A stretch of DNA of 64,000 bases from Eledone cirrhosa (lineage: Eukaryota), in contig OZ024746.1 of assembly GCA_964016885.1 (NCBI GenBank), positions 50,282,001 to 50,346,000 on the forward strand. Direction: 5' to 3'. The stretch's first letter is position 1. The number at the start of each line of letters is the position of its first letter. The notes under the pieces were generated by a model, which was not told the origin of the DNA, did no database searches, and saw nothing but the letters and a program-made list of their open reading frames with translations. Shown in pieces: positions 54,701 through 64,000 of this stretch. Both the position numbers and the translations under genes were made by a program.

Positions 54701-57700
54701 TTTTTTTTCAAAAAAGATTGATTTTTTTTCTTTCGAAATGTATACTTTCTGATTTCGAAAATTGATATATATTTTGTATTTTTCAAAAATTTTTCAACGT
54801 GTCGAGATACGATGAATAAACGCATTTTTTTAAAAAAAAACATCTTTTCCAAATACTTTGTAAAATGATCAATTTGTGAAAAACCGAAAAAAATCAATTT
54901 TAGAAATCAGAAGTAAATATTTCGAAATGTATAAAAAATTGATTATTTTAGGTTTTTCACAAATTGATCATTTTACACAGTATTTCGAAAAATTGTTTTT
55001 TTTCAGAAAAGTTTGATTTATTTTCGATTTCGAAAATTGATATATATTTTGTATTTTTCAAAAATTTTTCAACGTGTCGAAACACAATGTATAAACGCAT
55101 TTTTAAAAAAAAAAACATTTTTCTAAATATTGTGTAAAGTGATCGATTTGTGAAAAACCCAAAAAAATCAATTTTAGATATCAGAAGTAAATATTTCGAA
55201 ATGTATAAAAAAATTGATTATTTTAGGTTTTTCACAAATTGATCATTTTACACAGTATTTCGAAAAATTGTTTTTTTACAAAAAAGTTTGATTTTTTTTC
55301 GATTTCGAAAATTGATATATATTTTGTACTTTTCAAAAATTTTTCAACGTGTCGAAACACAATGTAAAAACGCATATTTTTGAAAAAAAACATTTTTTCC
55401 AAATACTGTGTAAAATGGTCAATTTGTGAAAAACCGAAAAAAATCAATTTTAGAAATCAGAAGTAAATATTTTGAAATGTATAAAAAAATTGATTATTTT
55501 AGGTTTTTCACAAATTGATCATTTTACACAGTATTTCGAAAAATTGTTTTTTTTCAAAAAAGTGATTTTTTTTCGATTTCGAAAATTGATATGTATTTTG
55601 TATTTTTCAAAAATTTTTCAACGTGTCGAAACACGATGAATAAACGCATTATTTTGAAAAAAAACATTTTTTCCAAATATTGTGTAAAGTGATCAATTTG
55701 TGAAAAACCTAAAAATATCAATTTTAGATACCAGAACTAAATATTTCGAAATGTATAAAAAAATTGATTATTTTAGGTTTTTCACAAATTGATCATTTTA
55801 CACAGTATTTCGAAAAATTGTTTTTTTTCAAAAAAGATTGATTTTTTTTCTTTCGAAATGTATACTTTCTGATTTCGAAAATTGATATATATTTTGTATT
55901 TTTCAAAAATTTTTCAACGTGTCGAAACACAACGTATAAACGCATTTTTTAAAAAAAAAACATTTTTTCTAAATATTGTGTAAAGGTGAAAAACCTAAAA
56001 AAATCAATTTTAGATATCAGAAGTAAATATTTCGAAATGTATAAAAAAATTGATTATTTTAGGTTTTTCACAAATTGATCATTTTACACAGTATTTCGAA
56101 AAATTGTTTTTTTTCAAAAAAGTTTGATTTTTTTTCGATTTCGAAAATTGATATATATTTTGTATTTTTCAAAAATTTTTCAACGTGTCGAAACACAATG
56201 TAAAAACGCATATTTTTGAAAAAAAACATTTTTTCCAAATACTGTGTAAAATAATCAATTTGTGAAAAACCGAAAAAAATCAATTTTAGAAATCAGAAGT
56301 AAATATTTTGAAATGTATAAAAAAATTGATTATTTTAGGTTTTTCACAAATTGATCATTTTACACAGTATTTCGAAAAATTGTTTTTTTTCAAAAAAGAT
56401 TGATTTTTTTTTCTTTCGAAATGTATACTTTCTGATATCGAAAATTGAAATATATTTTGTATTTTTCAAAAGTTTTTCAACGTGTCGAGATACGATGAAT
56501 AAACGCATTTTTTTGAAAAAAAACATTATTTCCAAATACTTTGTAAAATGATCGATTTGTGAAAAACCCCAAAAAATCAATTTTAGATATCAGAAGTAAA
56601 TATTTCGAAATGTATAAAAAAATTGATTATTTTAGGTTTTTCACAAATTGATCATTTTACACAGTATTTCGAAGAATTGTTTTTTTTCAAAAAAGTGATT
56701 TTTTTTCGATTTCGAAAATTGATATGTATTTTGTATTTTTCAAAAATTTTTCAACGTGTCGAAACACGATGAATAAAACCATTATTTTGAAAAAAAACAT
56801 TTTTTCCAAATATTGTGTAAAGTGATCAATTTGTGAAAAACCTAAAAATATCAATTTTAGATACCAGAACTAAATATTTCGAAATGTATAAAAAAATTGA
56901 TTATTTTAGGTTTTTCACAAATTGATCATTTTACACAGTATTTCGAAAAATTGTTTTTTTTCAGAAAAGATTGATTTTTTTTCTTTCGAAATATATACTT
57001 TCTGATTTCGAAAATTGATATATATTTTGTATTTTTCAAAAATTTTTCAACGTGTCGAAACAGAATGTATAAACGCATTTTTTTAAAAAAAAACATTTTT
57101 TCTAAATATTGTGTAAAGGTGAAAAACCTAAAAAAATCAATTTTAGATATCAGAAGTAAATATTTCGAAATGTATAAAAAAATTGATTATTTTAGGTTTT
57201 TCACAAATTGATCATTTTACACAGTATTTCGAAAAATTGTTTTTTTTCAAAAACGTTTGATTTTTTTTCGATTTCTAAAATTGATATATATTTTGTATTT
57301 TTCAAAAATTTTTCAACGTGTCGAAACACAATGTAAAAACGCATATTTTTGAAAAAAAACATTTTTTCCAAATACTGTGTAAAATGATCAATTTGTGAAA
57401 AACCGAAAAAAATCAATTTTAGAAATCAGAAGTAAATATTTTGAAATGTATAAAAAAATTGATTATTTTAGGTTTTTCACAGATCGATCATTTTACACAG
57501 TATTTCGAAAAATTGTTTTTTTTCAAAAAAGATTGATTTTTTTTCTTTCGAAATGTATACTTTCTGATTTCGCATTTTACACAGTATTTCGAAAAATTGT
57601 TTTTTTTCAAAAAAGTGATTTTTTTTCGATTTCGAAAATTGATATATATTTTGTATTTTTCAAAAATTTTTCAACGTGTCGAAACACAATGTATAAACGC

Positions 57701-60700
57701 ATTTTTTTGAAAAAAAACATTTTTTCCAAATACTGTGTAAAATGATCAATATATGAAAAACCGAAAAAAATCAATTTTAGAAATCAGAAGTAAATATTTC
57801 TAAATGTATAAAAAATTGATTATTTTAGGTTTTTCACAAATTGATCATTTTACACAGTATTTCGAAAAATTGTTTTTTTTCAGAAAAGTTTGATTTATTT
57901 TCGATTTCGAAAATTGATATATATGTATTTTTCAAAAATTTTTCAACGTGTCGATACACGATGTATAAACGCATTATTTTGAAAAAAACATTTTTTCCAA
58001 ATACTGTGTAAAATGATCAATTTGTGAAAAACCGAAAAAAATCAATTTTAGAAATCAGAAGTAAATATTTCGAAATGTATAAAAAAATTGATTATTTTAG
58101 GTTTTTCACAAATTGATCATTTTACAATTTGTGAAAAACCTAAAAAAATCAATTTTAGAAATCAGAAGTAAATATTTCGAAATGTATAAAAAATTGATTA
58201 TTTTAGGTTTTTCACAAATTGATCATTTAACACAGTATTTCGAAAAATTGTTTTTTTTCAGAAAAGTTTGATTTATTTTCGATTTCGAAAATTGATATAT
58301 ATTTTGTATTTTTCAAAAATTTTTCAACGTGTCGAAACACAATGTATAAACGCATTTTTTTGAAAAAAAACATTTTATCCAAATATTGTGTAAAGTGATC
58401 AATTTATGAAAAACCTAAAAAAATCAATTTTAGATACCAGAAGTAAATATTTCGAAATGTATAAAAAAATTGATTATTTTAGGTTTTTCACAAATTGATC
58501 ATTTTACACAGTATTTCGAAAAATTGTTTTTTTTCAAAAAAGTGATTTTTTTTCGATTTCGAAAATTGATATGTATTTTGTATTTTTCAATAATTTTTCA
58601 ACGTGTCGAAACACGATGTATAAACGCATTTTTTTGAAAAAAAAACATTTTTTCTAAAAATGATCAATTTGTGAAAAACCGAAAAAAATCAATTTTAGAA
58701 ATCAGAAGTAAATATTTCGAAATGTATAAAAAAATTGATTATTTTAGGTTTTTCACAAATTGATCATTTTACAATTTGTGAAAAACCGAAAAAAATCAAT
58801 TTTAGAAATCAGAAGTAAATATTTCGAAATGTATAAAAAATTGATTATTTTAGGTTTTTCAGAAATTGATCATTTTACACAGTATTTCGAAAAATTGTTT
58901 TTTTTCAGAAAAGTTTGATTTATTTTCGATTTCGAAAATTGATATATATTTTGTATTTTTCAAAAATTTTTCAACGTGTCGAAACACAATGTATAAACGC
59001 ATTTTTTAAAAAAAAAACATTTTTTCTAAATATTGTGTAAAGTGATCGATTTGTGAAAAACCTAAAAAAATCAATTTTAGATATCAGAAGTAAATATTTC
59101 GAAATGTATAAAAAAATTGATTATTTTAGGTTTTTTCACACATTGATCATTTTACACAGTATTTCGAAAAATTGTTTTTTTTCAAAAAAGTGATTTTTTT
59201 TCGATTTCGAAAATTGATATGTATTTTGTATTTTTCAAAAATTTTTCAACGTGTCGAAACAGGATGAATAAACGCATTTTTTTGAAAAAAAACATTTTAT
59301 CCAAATATTGTGTAAAGTGATCAATTTATGAAAAACCTAAAAAAATCAATTTTAGATACCAGAAGTAAATATTTCGAAATGTATAAAAAAATTGATTATT
59401 TTAGGTTTTTCACAAATTGATCATTTTACAATTTGTGAAAAACCTAAAAAAATCAATTTTAGAAATCAGAAGTAAATATTTCGAAATGTATAAAAAATTG
59501 ATTATTTTAGGTTTTTCACAAATTGATCATTTTACACAGTATTTCGAAAAATTGTTTTTTTTCAGAAAAGTTTGATTTATTTTCGATTTCGAAAATTGAT
59601 ATATATTTTGTATTTTTCAAAAATTTTTCAACGTGTCGAAACACAATGTATAAACGCATTTTTTTGAAAAAAAAACATTTTTTCTAAAAATGATCAATTT
59701 GTGAAAAACCGAAAAAAATCAATTTTAGAAATCAGAAGTAAATATTCCGAAATGTATAAAAAAATTGATTATTTTAGGTTTTTCACAAATTGATCATTTT
59801 ACAATTTGTGAAAAACCGAAAAAAATCAATTTTAGAAATCAGAAGTAAATATTTCGAAATGTATAAAAAATTGATTATTTTAGGTTTTTCACAAATTGAT
59901 CATTTTACACAGTATTTCGAAAAATTTTTTTTTTCAGAAAAGTTTGATTTATTTTCGATTTCGAATATTGATATATATTTTGTATTTTTCAAAAATTTTT
60001 CAACGTGTCGAAACACAATGTATAAACGCATTTTTTTTAAAAAAAACATTTTTTCTAAATATTGTGTAAAGTGATCGATTTGTGAAAAACCTAAAAAAAT
60101 CAATTTTAGATATCAGAAGTAAATATTTCGAAATGTATAAAAAAATTGATTATTTTAGGTTTTTTCACACATTGATCATTTTACACAGTATTTCGAAAAA
60201 TTGTTTTTTCTCAAAAAAGTGATTTTTTTTCGATTTCGAAAATTGATATGTATTTTGTATTTTTCAAAAATTTTTCAACGTGTCGTGACACGATGAATAA
60301 ACGCATTTTTTTGAAAAAAAACATTTTATCCAAATATTGTGTAAAGTGATCAATTTATGAAAAACCTAAAAAAATCAATTTTAGATACCAGAAGTAAATA
60401 TTTCGAAATGTTTAAAAAAATTGATTATTTTAGGTTTTTCACAAATTGATCATTTTACAAAGTATTTCGAAAAATTGTTTTTTTTCAAAAAAGTGATTTT
60501 TTTTCGATTTCGAAAATTGATATGTATTTTGTATTTTTCAAAAATTTTTCAACGTGTCGAAACACGATGAATAAACGCATTATTTTGAAAAAAAACATTG
60601 TTTCCAAATATTGTGTAAAGTGATCAATTTGTGAAAAACCTAAAAATATCAATTTTAGATACCAGAACTAAATATTTCGAAATGTATAAAAAAATTGATT

Positions 60701-63700
60701 ATAGGTTTTTCACAAATTGATCATTTTACACAGTATTTCGAAAAATTGTTTTTTTTTCAGAAAAGATTGATTTTTTATCTTTCGAAATATATACTTTCTG
60801 ATTTCGAAAATTGATATATATTTTGTATTTTTCAAATATTTTTCAACGTGTCGAAACACAATGTATAAACGCATTTTTTTGAAAAAAAAACATTTTTTCC
60901 AAATACTGTGTAAAATGATCAATTAGTGAAAAACCGAAAAAAATCAATTTTAGAAATCAGAAGTAAATATTTCGAAATGTATAAAAAAATTGATTATTTT
61001 AGGTTTTTCACAAATTGATCATTTTACAATTTGTGAAAAACCGAAAAAAATCAATTTTAGAAATCAGAAGTAAATATTTCGAAATGTATAAAAAATTGAT
61101 TATTTTAGGTTTTTCACAAATTGATCATTTTACACAGTATTTCGAAAAATTGTTTTTTTTCAGAAAAGTTTGATTTATTTTCGATTTCGAAAATTGATAT
61201 ATATTTTGTATTTTTCAAAAATTTTTCAACGTGTCGAAACACAATGTATAAACGCATTTTTTTGAAAAAAAAACATTTTTTCTAAAAATGATCAATTTGT
61301 GAAAAACCGAAAAAAATCAATTTTAGAAATCAGAAGTAAATATTTCGAAATGTATAAAAAATTGATTATTTTAGGTTTTTCACAAATTGATCATTTTACA
61401 CAGTATTTCGAAAAATTGTTTTTTTTCAGAAAAGTTTGATTTATTTTCGATTTCGAAAATTGATATATATTTTGTATTTTTCAAAAATTTTTCAACGTGT
61501 CGAAACACAATGTATAAACGCATTTTTTTGAAAAAAAAACATTTTTTCTAAAAATGATCAATTTGTGAAAAACCGAAAAAAATCAATTTTAGAAATCAGA
61601 AGTAAATATTTCGAAATGTATAAAAAATTGATTATTTTAGGTTTTTCACAAATTGATCATTTTACACAGTATTTCGAAAAATTTTTTTTTTCAGAAAAGT
61701 TTGATTTATTTTCGATTTCGAATATTGATATATATTTTGTATTTTTCAAAAATTTTTCAACGTGTCGAAACACAATGTATAAACGCATTTTTTTTAAAAA
61801 AAACATTTTTTCTAAATATTGTGTAAAGTGATCGATTTGTGAAAAACCTAAAAAAATCAATTTTAGATATCAGAAGTAAATATTTCGAAATGTATAAAAA
61901 AATTGATTATTTTAGGTTTTTTCACACATTGATCATTTTACACAGTATTTCGAAAAATTGTTTTTTTTCAAAAAAGTGATTTTTTTTCGATTTCGAAAAT
62001 TGATATGTATTTTGTATTTTTCAAAAATTTTTCAACGTGTCGAAACACGATGAATAAACGCATTTTTTTGAAAAAAAACATTTTATCCAAATATTGTGTA
62101 AAGTGATCAATTTATGAAAAACCTAAAAAAATCAATTTTAGATACCAGAAGTAAATATTTCGAAATGTATAAAAAAATTGATTATTTTAGGTTTTTCACA
62201 AATTGATCATTTTACAAAGTATTTCGAAAAATTGTTTTTTTTCAGAAAAGATTGATTTTTTTTCTTTGATTTTCAGATATCAGAAGTAAATATTTTGAAA
62301 TGTATAAAAAAATTGATTATTTTAGGTTTTTCACAAATTGATCATTTTACACAGTATTTCGAAAAATTGTTTTTTTTCAAAAAAGATTGATTTTTTTTCT
62401 TTCGAAATGTATACTTTCTGATTTCGAAAATTGACATATATTTTGTATTTTTCAAAAGTTTTTCAACGTGTCGAGATACGATGAATAAACGCATTTTTTT
62501 GAAAAAAAACATTTTTTCCAAATACTTTGTAAAATGATCGATTTGTGAAAAACCCCAAAAAATCAATTTTAGATATCAGAAGTAAATATTTCGAAATGTA
62601 TAAAAAAATTGATTATTTTAGGTTTTTCACAAATTGATCATTTTACACAGTATTTCGAAAAATTGTTTTTTTTCAAAAAGGTGATTTTTTTTCGATTTCG
62701 AAAATTGATATGTATTTTGTATTTTTCAAAAATTTTTCAACGTGTCGAAACACGATGAATAAACGCATTATTTTGAAAAAAAACATTTTTTCCAAATATT
62801 GTGTAAAGTGATCAATTTGTGAAAAACCTAAAAATATCAATTTTAGATACCAGAACTAAATATTTCGAAATGTATAAAAAAATTGATTATTTTAGGTTTT
62901 TCACAAATTGATCATTTTACACAGTATTTCGAAAAATTGTTTTTTTTCAGAAAAGATTGATTTTTTTTCTTTCGAATTTCTGATTTCGAAAATTGAGATA
63001 TATTTTGTATTTTTCAAAAATTTTTCAACGTGTCGAGATACGATGAATAAACGCATTTCTTTGAAAAAAAACATCTTTTCCAAATACTTTGTAAAATGAT
63101 CAATTTGTGAAAAACCGAAAAAAATCAATTTTAGAAATCAGAAGTAAATATTTCGAAATGTATAAAAAAATTGATTATTTTAGGTTTTTCACAAATTGAT
63201 CATTTTACACAGTATTTGGAAAAATTGTTTTTTTTCAAAAGAGATTGATTTTTTTTCAGAAAAGTTTGATTTATTTTCGATTTCGAAAATTGATATATAT
63301 TATGTATTTTTCAAAAATTTTTCAACGTGTCGAAACACGATGTATAAACGCATTTTTTTGAAAAAAAAACATTTTTTCTAAAAATGATCAATTTGTGAAA
63401 AACCGAAAAAAATCAATTTTAGAAATCAGAAGTAAATATTTCGAAAAGTATAAAAAAATTGATTATTTTAGGTTTTTCACAAATTGATCATTTTACACAG
63501 TATTTCGAAAAATTGTTTTTTTTCAAAAAAGATTGATTTTTTTTCTTTCAAAATATATACTTTCTGATTTCGAAAAGTATAAAAAAATTGATTATTTTAG
63601 GTTTTTCACAAATTGATCATTTTACACAGTATTTCGAAAAATTGTTTTTTTTCAGAAAAGTTTGATTTATTTTCGATTTCGAAAATTGATATATATTATG

Positions 63701-64000
63701 TATTTTTCAAAAATTTTTCAACGTGTCGAAACACGATGTATAAACGCATTATTTTGAAAAAAAACATTTTTTCCAAATACTGTGTAAAATGATCAATTTG
63801 TGAAAAACCGAAAAAAATCAATTTTCGAAATCAGAAGTAAATATTTCGAAATGTATAAAAAAATTGATTATTTTACGTTTTTCACAAATTGATCATTTTA
63901 CACAGTATTTCGAAAAATTGTTTTTTTTCAAAAAAGATTGATTTTTTTTCTTTCGAAATGTATACTTTCTGATTTCGAAAATTGATATATATTTTGTATT

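Larger units (their letters stand above)
20689..64000. repeat. Satellite B: tandem array of 276-bp and 295-296-bp foldback monomers plus 100-107-bp derivatives (roughly 150 units; continues beyond the right edge)
   Basis: The anchor GGTTTTTCACAAATTGATCATTTTACACAGTATTTCGAAAAATTG recurs throughout. Spacings are 276 (23588 to 23864), 295 (30116 to 30411) and 396 = 296+100 (29720 to 30116). Long and short forms differ by the 20-bp indel TTTCGAAATGTATACTTTCT. Confidence 0.98.

Noticed and set aside
74-63381. All ORFs in the track (60-116 aa, F/K/I-rich)
   Set aside because: They recur with the satellite period, are made or broken by homopolymer length changes, and reflect A/T-tract codons. No recognisable domain is present.
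1-64000. CENP-B box
   Set aside because: TTCG is abundant, but the required downstream A..CGGG core was not seen.
1-64000. Nucleosome-multiple monomer lengths and phased A-tract curvature
   Set aside because: Lengths vary (100, 276, 296, 370-490 bp) and 10-bp phasing cannot be established by eye. It needs a periodicity or curvature calculation.
20689-64000. Hairpin plus T-tracts as rho-independent terminators or promoters
   Set aside because: There are no associated genes, the stems are AT-rich, and the context is satellite DNA.

Overview
The window is non-coding, AT-rich (about 20-25% GC by hand count) tandem satellite DNA, most likely eukaryotic heterochromatin; the organism cannot be identified from the sequence. 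No gene, RNA gene, CRISPR array or autonomous transposon is supported, and the ORF track is an artefact of the repeats. Two satellite families meet at a sharp junction near 20.68 kb. Satellite A (1-~20,688) has about 49 monomers of ~420 bp, is T-rich on the + strand, and forms a nearly invariant 11-mer higher-order repeat (HOR, 4.6-4.7 kb). Near the border it switches to 4-mer/5-mer units (1,650 and 2,115 bp). Satellite B (~20,689-64,000) has 276 and 295-296 bp monomers plus 100-107 bp derivatives. Each monomer is a foldback with two 76-bp inverted arms, and the array is a patchwork of duplicated multi-monomer blocks. Three signals stand out: (1) the A/B junction lies in a 24-bp shared sequence within a 120-bp spacerless palindrome; (2) A and B share a ~50-bp box in opposite orientation; (3) several B variants have lost one or other hairpin loop, as expected if cruciforms form and are resolved. 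All counts are manual.
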